NCBI GenBank assembly: GCA_010405405.1
Contig: MU004248.1
Coordinates: 1 to 64,000, forward strand
Length of the DNA: 64,000 nt
Reading direction: 5' to 3'
Source of the DNA: Microthyrium microscopicum
Taxonomy: Eukaryota
This document shows positions 39,601-51,502 of the stretch, one piece after another. The translations under genes were made by a program, and so were the position numbers. How positions within the stretch are numbered: position 1 is the stretch's first letter; every line of letters begins with the position of its first letter. Under the pieces are notes generated by a model. The model searched no databases and was not told where the DNA came from. It saw only the letters and a list, made by a program, of their open reading frames with translations.

Positions 39601-41779
39601 CGTCTAAACTATATTAAAGAGGGCTAAAAAGAATAGAAAAAGACTATAGAAGCGTTACTTAACTTACTTTATAATAAGTTATAGCTTAATAACGCTTCTA
39701 TAGCTAAAACTAACGCTATTAGACTTATAGACTCTATTATTACGTATATTAGTATTAATATATAGTATTCTACTATAAACTAACTTAAAAGGAGTTAAGA
39801 TAAGCTTACTAAGACTTAGAAGTATTTAAAAATAAGCTCTAGTAAAATTTTAGCTATTAATAAACTACCTTTAGCTAAGAATGACTTAGACAAAGCTAAA
39901 TAGATAAGTAGAAATCTTGTTTTTATTAAGAAAGAGTTATAAAAGAAGAAAATTCTATAAAGGTTCTATAATAACGCTATAGAAGGTAATTATAGAGAAT
40001 TAAAGAAGATACTTAAGAAGATTAAGCGCTATTATACTTAGAACTATATCTAGAAGAACGTTAAAAACTATTATAAGGCTTATTTTAACTATTAACGTAA
40101 TAAATTTATTAAATAAGCCTAGAAAGGATTACTAATATTCTTACTAGTCTTAAAAGCGCTATAGAAGGATATTACTATAGATTTTATTATAGATTTGCTT
40201 CTAAGTATCTATAATAGTTAAATTTATAACTTTATTATAGTAGTTATTAATAAATTAATTAAAATAGCTTACTATATCTTAATAAGAAAGAATATAGACG
40301 TAAAAAACTTTACTAAGATCTTCTTATAAGAGGTTATATACCTATATAGCGTACCTTATACTATTATATCTAATTAAGAACTTCTCTTTATTTCTAAGTA
40401 CTAAAAAATATTTCTTTATTATCTTTCTATCCTTAGAAAGCTCTTAATAGTATTCTATTTATAGACTAATAATTAAATAGAGCGCTTAAACTAAGAAGTT
40501 AAGTACTACTTATAAATTTATAAGTATTAAGAATAAAACAATTAAGTAAAATAGCTTAGTTTAGCTAAGTTTAACTATAATAATAGTATTTACTTATTAA
40601 CTAAAGTTACTTCTTTTATTATATATACTAAAAGGAACCCCTATGCTCCTAAATTAGCTAAAATGTTATTAAAAAGTATTATACCTAATACTAAAGAAAT
40701 AGTAAACTATATTCTATCTCTATAATACGTAATAAGAAATAAATTAGCTAAAGTATAGCTATACTAAGCTAACTAGTATAATAAAAGAAAGAAGAATATT
40801 TATTTAAATATTAGTAACTAAGTCCTACTTAATATAAAGAATATTTAAACTATTTACGTTAAGAAGAAGCTTAATATTAAGTATATAGGTCTCTTTAAGA
40901 TTATAGAGGTTATAAATACTAATACTTACTAGCTTAATCTCTTAAAGAATATATAAGTCTATAATATATTCTATATCTTTTTATTAGAACTATATAAGCT
41001 AAATCCCTACTTTCTATAGAAGTTTATATTACTATAGGATTCTTTAAACTTAGAAGACTTAAATATATATAATATAGAGAAGATAATAAAGTATATAGTA
41101 AATAAAAGGAATAAATATTACTACTTTATAAAATAGAAAAATTACTTAAAGTTAGAATTAACTTAGGAGCCTATAGCTAATCTTTCTTTAATTACTTTAA
41201 AGCGCTATTATATAAAGTTAGCTAAAAAGAGTATTATACTAGTAATAAGTATAATTAAAAAAGTAATTAAATATAAAATAATATATCTAAATAATATTAT
41301 AGATAGGTTAATAAATCTTAACTCTATAAGACTAAAAAGATAGCTAAGAAGGCTAAAGAAGATCTAAAAGACTTAAGATAAGCTTTTAAAGAAAGGAGAT
41401 AGTTACTTTATAATTTTCTTACTAATTAGAACCTAAATTAATTTCTTTATATATATATTATAATAAATTAACCTAAAGTAACTTAAATTTAGTATTAGAT
41501 AATAAGTATATAGAAAAACTACTAAATTATAAATATATAAAATAACTTAAAATAATATACAAAATAAGTTACTATACGTATATAAGGAATATCCTTTTAA
41601 GAACTCTTTATAATATAAAATAAGGTTAAAATATATATTAGAAAATATATAAAAGAATAAGTAATTTCTAACTAAGAGTTAAATTAGCTATATAATAGTT
41701 CTATAAGGGTATCTACTAATAAACCTATCCTTAAGAAGTCCTAGAAGGATATTTATTAACTAACTTATCTTTAAGAGAT

Positions 41780-43600
41780 ACAAAATAACTTAATATAATA
41801 AGAAATAGCCTTACTTAGCTAATTAAGGCTAAATATAAATAATACTAAATTCTAAAAGACTTAAGATAATCTATCTAACTCTATTTTAATCTAAGAAAAA
41901 GCTATCTAACCTATTTTATACTTTTTTATAGTAAGAGCTATAGCCTTAACTTTAGAATAGTTTTTATTAATATAATTATTTTTATAAAAGGCTTTAATAG
42001 CTTTTTTAATATAGGCCTTAACCTCTTAGTGCTTAGAAGTACTAAGATAAGCCTTATAGTGCTTAAGAAGTACTTAAGAATTTAAAAGAATGCTAGCTAG
42101 GTTATTCTTAATATTAGTAAGTTACTATAAAATAGTTAGACGTAAAATAACTTAATATAGATATAAAAAAACTTACCTAAGATATATTAAGTTTTTAAGG
42201 ACTAATAATATAGTAGAAGTCTATATGCTAAGAATATAGTATATTATAGTACTTAAAGTGCTTAGAAGAATAAAATTAGATATTAGCACTTAAGAAGGCT
42301 AGATAAGCTATAATACGCTTCTCTAATTCTAAAAGGCTATTATTTACTAGCTTTTAGGTAGCTTTAGTACCTATATAGTAGTTAATAAACGCGTAAGTTA
42401 TATAGAAGCTACCCTTAGTAATACTAAAGTATAATAGGAAGAAGTTAGTTACTAGCTACTTAGATATATAACTATAAACTAATTAGCGTCTAAATACGTA
42501 AAGCTAGACTAGAATTAGTTAAAATAAGTACTTATAACTTATAAAGAGTTACTATATACTTATAAGCATACTAAATATTATTATAAAGTATATACTTATC
42601 CTTATAAGATAATTTATTCTAAGAACTATTCTTAAGAGTATAAATAACCTTATTAATAGTAATATAGACTAAAATAAGCTTAGCCTTATTATAAAGGTCT
42701 TAATAAGAAATAACCTACCTATATTAGTATAATATAATATAAAATAAGCTAGAATAAGATATTATCTTTAAATAATCCTTAATTAACTTTATATTAAGGT
42801 ATTTAATAAAGTACTTACTTAAACTAACTTACTAAGTATAATAATAGTCTAAGTTAGAAATAAGGTAGAGTTTAGTAATTAAAAAAGGAAGAAAATATAC
42901 TATATAGACCTCTATATAATACTAATAGGAATTTAGAATTAAGTAGTACTATAATAGGCTAAGTAAGGCTATAACGCTTTTATTAGCGTATTTTTACTCT
43001 ATCTTATTCTTAAAGACTACTTTAGTAAGGTTTATAATATTAGTAGTTAAGATTTAGTTATTATAGAACGTGTTAATATTCTTACTAGTAAGAATAGTTA
43101 TTATAATCTTACTAAAGTTAAAGTTATTCTTAGTAAGGACTTAAAAGCTTTTAATAGAATCTTTAAGTAACTTATTTATATTAATGCTTACTTTAAATAA
43201 AAATAGGTTTAAAAGTATATAAGTTAGTTAAGATAAGTTATTAAAGATTAGAAAAGTATAAAGTATACTAAAATAGATTAAAAAAACCTAAGAAGATACT
43301 AAGTAGCCTAATAACTAAAAAGAGAAAATTTATAGTTACTAGAAAAAAATCTATAATGTAAAATAGATTAGTAATAATAATCTTTATATATATTTATAAA
43401 ACTATAGAATTTCTACTTACTTTAAAATTTAGAGTATAAAGAATAAGAGATAAAGAATTTAGAGTAAGAAGAGTTATTTTATATTTAAATCTCTTTACTT
43501 TTCTAAAATAGCTAAGTATTAATATAATAGTACTTAGTAAAGACTTATAAGAGCTTTCTATAGTAAAAGGAAGTTATATATAGTATAGTAAATACTTAGA
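41780..43600 (-). pseudogene. Putative RIP-decayed multi-intron cargo gene antisense to element B
   Basis: Minus-strand intron-like segments 42176-42125 (GTAAGT..CTAAC..TAG), 42718-42669 (GTAGGT..GCTAAG..TAG) and 43420-43351 (GTAAGT..ACTAAT..TAG); further donors near 42818 and 43191. The intervening frame of about 120 codons (42550-42177) has only TAA/TAG stops. Confidence 0.55.
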
Positions 43601-45771
43601 AAAGTTATAACTTTCTAAATAGGAAAGTATAATCTTAGCTTTAGAGTCTCTAAACTTTTAAGTAAAGATTTAAATACCTTACTATAAATAACGTAAAATA
43701 ACTCTTAATTAGATATAAAAAGTATTAAGATATATATATAAGGGGTACCTCTTTAAGAACCCTTTTTAATATAAAATAAAGTTAAAATATACTTTTAATC
43801 TAGAGCTAAATAAGGCTTATAAAGTAGTTTTATATATAAGTTATAGCTACCTAATCTACTATAAAGCTAATTATGCTAAACTAATATAAATTTAGTATAT
43901 TTAATATAATATAACTAACTAAGTTAAGCTATATATATTTTAATAACTTAATAACCTATACTATATATAGAATAACTATTTAGTAGTATTTTAATAAGAT
44001 TTAATTAAATATAAATAGTAGTACTACGCTATATTTATAGATAAGTTAATTTAACTCTAATAAAGCTAGTATTAACTAATTAAGACCTTAATAGAGCTAT
44101 TAACTACTTATTAGATATTTTACTAATATATTAGACCTTAATAACTAGACTTCTTTAAGTTTAAGTTAATATAGTTAATTATAGCCTAAAACTAGTAAAA
44201 AATAAAGAGCTATCTATTTAGAGTAGGTAAAAAATAGAGGGCTATTTATCTTAAATAAGTAATATACTAAAGCTAAAGAATAAGAATATTACTAGGCTAT
44301 AAAAGACTCTCTAAGGTATAAGTAGCCTAATTCTATATATTTAGTTAAGTCTTATCCTCTTTTAAGTCTTAGTATAATAGAGTATAGTTAAAAGCTATAT
44401 ATAAGTATAAGAAATATTTATTAAAACCTTTAAATATACTTTTTAGAATAAATAGCTTTAAGAAGAGGAATAATATTAAGAACTAGAATACTTCTAGTTT
44501 AAGATAACTACTAATAAGATATATCTATATAGGATAAAGCGTTATTAGTTAGGTTAACTAATAATAACCTATTATAAATATAGATAGCTTAGTAGAGTCT
44601 TTATAGCTCTAGGTAATAAAGAAGAGAGATTATAAGAGTCTAAGTAACTCCCTAGTAATTACTCTTATCCCTATTTTTACGTATCTACTTAAACTATAAT
44701 AATTATAATCTTTACCTACTTAGAACGACCTATTTCTAATATAATACTTCTTAACGTACCTAACTAATAAGGATAAATAACTAATTTTTTATATATAAGA
44801 GCTTATTCTAAATTAATAAATCTAATATTTTTAAATAATAGCCTTTCTTAAATAGTTCTAATAGTAAATACTATATTTTTTACTTCTATATTATAATAAG
44901 GCTTTAAAGTTTTTTATTCTTTAAGTAACTATTCTTTATTAGCTTAAGAATACTTTAATAATCCTTAGGATCTAATTTTATTAAGCTTTCTTTAATTCTA
45001 GTATAACTATTCTTAATACTTTTAGCTTTTTAGCTATTTATAAAAATTTTAGTTTATATCTTATTCTTAATTCTAATACTAGTATTCTTATTCTTATAAG
45101 TAATCTCTTTATAAATTATCTTAGCTAAGTCTAGAATATCTACTTTTTAATTATTTAATATTATTTTAGCTAGTTCTTTTATATATCTTATATTTTAATA
45201 TAAATTCTTATTAAAATAATAAGCTCTTAGAATTTACTATATTATTTAAGTCTACTAAATATCTTCTTTTTTTAGTATATTACTTAATAGCTTAAATAGT
45301 ATATTTACTACTTTATTTTATATATTTAGAGTATATAAAATTTTAAAGTTAAACTTAAATAAAAACTTAGCTTATCTAGCCTACTACTAATTTAAGTATT
45401 TTAATATTATAAACTATTTAAGGTTCTTATAGTTTATAATAACTTTAATTAGGTTATTTATTCTTAATAACTCTAGGTTTTATTTCTTAAATATATAAAT
45501 TATAGTAAGTAATTCTTTATTATATATTTTATAATTTATTTTTATTAATAATATCTTCTTAGAAAAGAATACTACTAAGTAAAGCTAACTATTATATTTC
45601 TAAAATAGTATAATACTAATTATAAAATCTAAGGTATTAGAATAAACTTAAGTTTTAAAGTCTAGATTAAAATATTTTAAGATAAGTACTATTATAAATA
45701 TCTTCTTTAATTTATTAAAGCTCTTTTACTTAATATTATCTAACTTTTAAGAAAAAGTAAATTTCTTTATA

Positions 45772-45781
45772 NNNNNNNNNN
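45772..45781. other. Assembly gap (10 N) inside the RT-RNase H region of element A
   Basis: Run of N; both flanks are element A pol, with the RT C-terminal part missing. Confidence 1.
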
Positions 45782-48700
45782 TTCTTATAGACTTAGTAAA
45801 TATAGTACTTATACTCTTTTAGTATATTACTATAAATTAAAATATTATTAATATAAGCTATATAATATATATTTAATAAGTTATATAAAATACTATTAAT
45901 ATATTTTTAAAAAGTTACTAATATATTAGTAAGCTCTATAAGTATAACTAAATACTTAAATAACTTAAATTTTATTAAAAATATAATCTTTTTTTTATAT
46001 CTTTTAGTAACTTAAATCTTATTAAATATAATAATAATATTAAGCTTAATATAATATTTTACTTTTACTACTAGATTAAATATTTTATTTATTAAAGGTA
46101 GAGTATTATAATTTTTAATTATAAAGTTATTTAGCGCTTAATAATCTATATAAATATAAATATTTTTTTCTAACTTACTTACTATAACTAGTAGTAAGCT
46201 ATATTTTAATATACTTAAGTAAATATACTCTTTTTTAATTATATTATTAATATATACTTTAATAGTTTTTATTTATTATAGTAATATTCTTTAAGCTTTA
46301 AAAAATAGTAGCTTTACTTCTTTTTTTAAATAGATCTTATAATTTACTTCTAAGTAATAAAGTAATATCTTTTATATTTCTTAAAAGTTTTATAGACTTA
46401 TAAGATTACTTAAATAATAAGAAATTTAAATCTAGAGATACTTTATAGTAGAATATTCCTTTTTTAATTTCTTAAAGAACTTATTATAATCTATTATAGT
46501 AGTATATATATTTACCTCTTCTAGCTAGTTAGATATATTTACTTCTTTTAGCTAGTTAGTTATATCTATATCTTAATTATAAATATTTTCTATAATAATA
46601 AAAGTAATAAAATAAGTATCCTAGTATAGAAAAGTAGTTATAGTTATTATAAAGTATAACTTAATATTATATAGTCTTAGATTAGGTAAGTTTAAGTAGA
46701 CTACTTTACTATTATAATAATAAATAAATAAATAACCTTCTTAAATATAATAATTTATATAATAATTAAAATTAAAAGTTATTATTTTATTCTTAAAATC
46801 TAGGTATAAATTATATTCTTTTAGCTACTCTATACTTATAATAATATTAAAGTAAGTAATAAGAGTAATATAAGCCTAAGCTTTATTATAATAGTTTCTA
46901 ATTAATAATAATATATAAGCTATAAACTCTAGCTTACTATAATTCTTATTTATAACTTTTATTACTTTTAGCATTTATAATTTTATTTTATCTAGTTTTA
47001 GTTAATAAATAAGCTTCTTATTAATAAAAATATAAAATACGTTAGTATCTAATAATATCTAGTTCTTAATAAACTTTTCTTCTTAGTTATAAATATAATA
47101 AAGAAAATCTTATTATTTAAACGTCTATAACGTCTCTTTATTTATAAAAGTAAATAGTAAAATTCTTATAGATAAGTTTCTTAGTAGTTAAGTTAGGCTA
47201 TTAAGCTAGGAACTAGCTACTTAGTCTTTTAGTTTAAAGAATTTTTTAAGTTATATTTATTTTTTATATTTTTAATATAAGTAATAAAATTCTTTAACTT
47301 ATAATTTATAACTACTTTCTTAAAGGCTTTATAAAAAAGAGACTCTTTATTTTTATAGAGTAGCTTCTTATTATTAATATAATAATTAAGTTTAATATAT
47401 TTAAAGTATAAGTTATTCTTTTAGATAAGCTTATATATTTCCTTTTTATATAATTTTAAGGAATTCTTATTTTTTAAAAAGTTCTTCTTTATATTACCTT
47501 TATTATTTTTATTATCTTTATTATTATTATTATCTTATAATTTTAACTTATTACTAAATAACTTTTTTAAAAGCTTCTTTTATGCTACTTTTTTAATATA
47601 TTTTATATTTAGAGTTACTTTTATAACTTTAGTCTAGTAAAAGAGTTTATTTAAACCTTTATAATAAATACTATTATTAATAATATAATAAATACTCTAC
47701 TATAAACTTAATAAGAAATAATTAGTTAAGCTAATATTATCTATATTAAGTATATTTTAAATAAATATATAAAAGTATTATTAGTACTATATAATAATCT
47801 TTTTATCTTTTTAAGTATAGCTATTTAAATATAAAGTCTATAAAGTTTTAAAATTATAATTAGTTTTACTCTATTAAAACTTTTTATTAAAAATAGCTTA
47901 TAGTTAATCTAGAATTATAAAGTAGTATAAAGAATATAGCTATAATTTTTATAAAAATATTTTTTATATATTACTCTTAATATAATCTATTAAGTAATCT
48001 AGCTTATTCTAATTAATAAGAAACTAAGCTTTATCTACTTAGAACTTTTAGAAAACTTAGTTTTTTTATACTTTATAGTTATTATCTTCTTTACTACTAA
48101 ATTCTAAGATATTACTAAGCTATTTATACTTTAAGAATACTTTTATTCTTAATAGAATAATACTAAATATAGCTAAAGTATAAGTACTAGATATATATAT
48201 AGATTAACGTAATTAAGTTTTTATAAGTATAATAATAAGTAAATTAAAACTCTTATATTAAAATTAATTTTATTAGCCTCTTTTTTTTATTTCTCTTATA
48301 CTTAACTAGAACCTTATATTTTAAAAGTAGCTAATTATTTATATAGAGTATTAACTTATATAGATAACTAGTCTATCTTTTTAGTATACTCTTTTATTAA
48401 ATTATAATAAGTATACTTTATATTCTAATATTTCTTTATTTATACTTATAAATTTATATATTTTTATTTATAAAGCTTTAGATTTTATATATTATTTATT
48501 TTTACTATTATTAAATAATTCTTTATAATATCTTACTTTAAATTATAATATACTACTTTATAATAAATTTTTTATTAATATTTTAGTATCTTTTTAATAT
48601 TCTATATTAAATCTTTCTTTAAACTTAAATAAATTAAGTAAACGTTATTATTAATTTTATAGCTAATAAAGATACTTTCTTCTTAGCTAAGGCTAATATA

Positions 48701-49501
48701 GTAAAGACTTAAATTATACTAATAGTACTTTTTATATTCTTATTTCTACTCTTTTTTTAAGCTATTCTTACTCTTTAGTAATTTTAATTTATTTTTAATA
48801 TTAAAATCTTCTATATATATTAAGTATTTATAATATTTATTATTTTTTTACTCTTATTCTAAATTCTATAAGGTTTCTTAGATATCTTTAATTTTTTATA
48901 ATAGCTTTATTTCTAATTATAATAAGTTATTTATTAAAGCTTATAAATTATTTTATAAACTACCTATTAATAAGTAATTTTTTTTTTTAAAGCTTTTTAT
49001 AATACTTACTTCTTCTTCTTCTTTTTAATCTTTATTATAGTCTTATATTACTATTATAGATTTAAATTATAAATATATATTATAACTAGCTAAATTAAGT
49101 TTAATAGTAATAAAGTATATAAACTATTATAAATATTTTATAAATAACTATAAAATAATAGTTTAATATATTATAAAGATAATATAGAGTATATAGTAAG
49201 AAATTATTAAATTATTTATTTTAAAGTAAAAAGTAAATAATATTAGTAAAGCTAGCCTTTATTAGTATAAGCTTTATAAAGTCTTAATACTAATAATAAA
49301 GTATTAGAATTAAGATTTATAATTTTAAGTCTATTAAATCTTAATTATACTAGCTTTTTAGTAAATAAGAAATAAGTAAATAGTCTATATACTTAAAGAG
49401 CTATAAATTTAGTTTTTTTATTATTAAATATATAAAGTAAAAATTTTCTTATAAAAGTAAAATTTTAGCTTATTTACGTAATTATAGTAGAAGTTTATTT
49501 A

Positions 49502-49657
49502 TATTATAGTTATAAAGCTAATATAGTAATAGTATAGTAATATAATTAAGAAATAAACTTTAAGGTTTATTTTACTACTACTCTAGTAGAGGATATATCC
49601 TCTAGGGGCATAGGCTATATGGTTTATGCTTAGGGTTAGGGTTTGGTTCCCATAACA
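49502..49657 (-). repeat. 5' LTR of element A
   Basis: Colinear with 3490-3645; ends ATAACA and is followed by TSD GCATC. Confidence 0.93.
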
Positions 49658-50533
49658 GCATCCAAGTATACGTGACGAGATTTCTATATTTCTATCCTCA
49701 AGTCTCGGCTCAACTTGTAGACGTATAGGTTCAAAAGCTTTGACAAAGACAATGCCCGGCAAGGCTTATTAGTAGCTAGCAACCGATAGGCAAAATGAAT
49801 GGCTTGACCCCAGGCTCCTTTGATCGCTATCCGCTAAGACCTGTTATCGCCCACTTTGGTTCCTATCGAGTATGTAGAAAACGTTTTGTATATCACCTGC
49901 GATGGGTATTAAAGATTACACTTTGAATAGATACAGTAATAGATATCGCACCTTACGGGAGCGTCGCATTCAATTTGTCCGTCTAGTGAGTTCTATATAA
50001 CCGTGGCGTCAAATCCATCGACTCTTATAATCGCTATTCCCCAAACTTTGAAGGAAAATAGAAGGAAAAAAACGTCCCCCTACGTCTAGAGCTATCTGCA
50101 GACTCTGGTAGTTAATTGGCCTACGGGGTGCTCAAAGGCCATGCAACACAGGGTCGGCATAACCCTCATTTGTGCGGCATCTCTGCGGCTGCTAAACATA
50201 AAGAAATTGGGACCCCTATTCAGTCATTTAGTCGTATGAAATCCCCACAGTCTCTCTAACCAAGCTGCTACGTGCTGAAAATAGTACCCTTACTGGCAGT
50301 TCAGCGGGCTGCAAATCCACGAACTAGGAGATATTCAGCATATACCGCATAAAGTATTAAGCTTCTTGGCGCATATGCTTATCAAAAGCCCGTGGCATGG
50401 GTGCTCTGACGAGCGCCTGGTGCAGCCGAAGGTTGTTCTGTTCATATATTAGTGTTGATCACTTCCTTCTAGCAGCAGAACCAATCTTTCTTATGGCCGA
50501 CAAGAGTGGCTTTCTGCCAGCTACGACAATTCA

Positions 50534-50583
50534 TGCTGTAATCCTATAATATGCGTTGCTGTAATCCTGTAATATGCGTTGCT
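50534..50583. repeat. 23-bp tandem duplication in intergenic DNA
   Basis: TGCTGTAATCCTRTAATATGCGT twice, then TGCT. Confidence 0.9.
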
Positions 50584-51502
50584 AGATATTCTAGAAGAAC
50601 TCAATGGTTTGATGGTGTCAGTAGGGTTTTGTCTTGGAGAAGTACATCCATTTCTCCGACTCTGTCAGTCACTGCGGGATCACACGGCCATCAACCTTAA
50701 TTTGCCAGCTCTGAGTTCACGAGATAATAATAAACTTGCTCAAATTTTCACAGTCAATTTGCTGGAATTTCTTTTATAGGTACGAGTTGAGTCGGACGCA
50801 TTTTGAAGCATAGCTTTGTTTCGAGCTGGGTAGGCGCACATGAAAGCCAAGCATCTCCAAACTCTGATTTATCTTCCTCAAGAACTCGTTGCCATAAATA
50901 GTTAATTCAACAAGATTTGGTGGTAGACAGGAGGTTTTGATACAGAACTACAGCACTCTAACCCCGGAATCCCAGCTGAAAAGTGCTCGGCTACAGCCGA
51001 ATGAAACAAGCATATTCAGATGAAACTATATTCCCGATATATATATTTGCTCACACTCAAGTTACCAGATTCCATAGCATAGATCTATGAGCGCTACGGA
51101 TTGACTTGGACAAGGACAGGGCTATTGATGTACTCTACATAGTAATATATATCAAGACCCTATACGGTAATCTATTGGCCCCAACCGTTCTGTCCCGTAC
51201 ACTGGTAACTTGAGTTAGATTGCTGGCTACAACTTTATCTGTGCAGTATCCGTCAGATTCCATGTTAAGATGCTTGGCTCGCACTAAAGACTGCAGATGG
51301 CGAATAGACCTAGAGCAACAATTCGCAAGTGACAGCTTGGTCTTTTCTCAATTGCTTGGAAGTCTTCTCAGCGACCAAACAAATTGAGCAGGAAAATCTT
51401 GGAAATATTCATTCTCTGAACCGTGGAAAACTCACCATTCTACGCAACCAAAGGCCACTTACTGGCGCAGTGTGGTGAGCCGCGCCACCAACAAACACTA
51501 CC

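Larger units (their letters stand above)
4451..44741 (+). mobile_element. Element B: RIP-degraded chromodomain Ty3/gypsy inserted in the integrase Zn-finger region of A; own sequence 4451-6674 and 38183-44741
   Basis: 268-bp LTRs at 4451-4718 and 44474-44741; TSD TAATA at 4446-4450 and 44742-44746. RT relic YLNNIL at 38749-38766, integrase and chromodomain to about 41360, PPT AAGAAGAGGAA before 44474. Confidence 0.92.
3490..49657 (-). mobile_element. Element A: outermost RIP-degraded Ty3/gypsy retrotransposon; own sequence 3490-4450 and 44742-49657
   Basis: 156-bp LTRs at 3490-3645 and 49502-49657 (TGTCAC..ATAACA); TSD GCATC at 3485-3489 and 49658-49662. Minus-strand relics: RT AYINNILIYS (de-RIP AYIDDILIYS) near 45829-45858, RNase H NYKIYNKELL near 45505-45535, integrase core near 3700-4450. 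Purine tract next to the left LTR. Confidence 0.93.

Noticed and set aside
3490..49657. Centromere call for the AT-rich block
   Set aside because: Size and composition are compatible, but sequence alone cannot separate a centromere from an ordinary RIP island; CENP-A ChIP or Hi-C is needed.
49663..51500. Gene or pseudogene in the intergenic stretch (ORF 50579-50779)
   Set aside because: Short, non-ATG start, no recognisable domain or splice-supported model.
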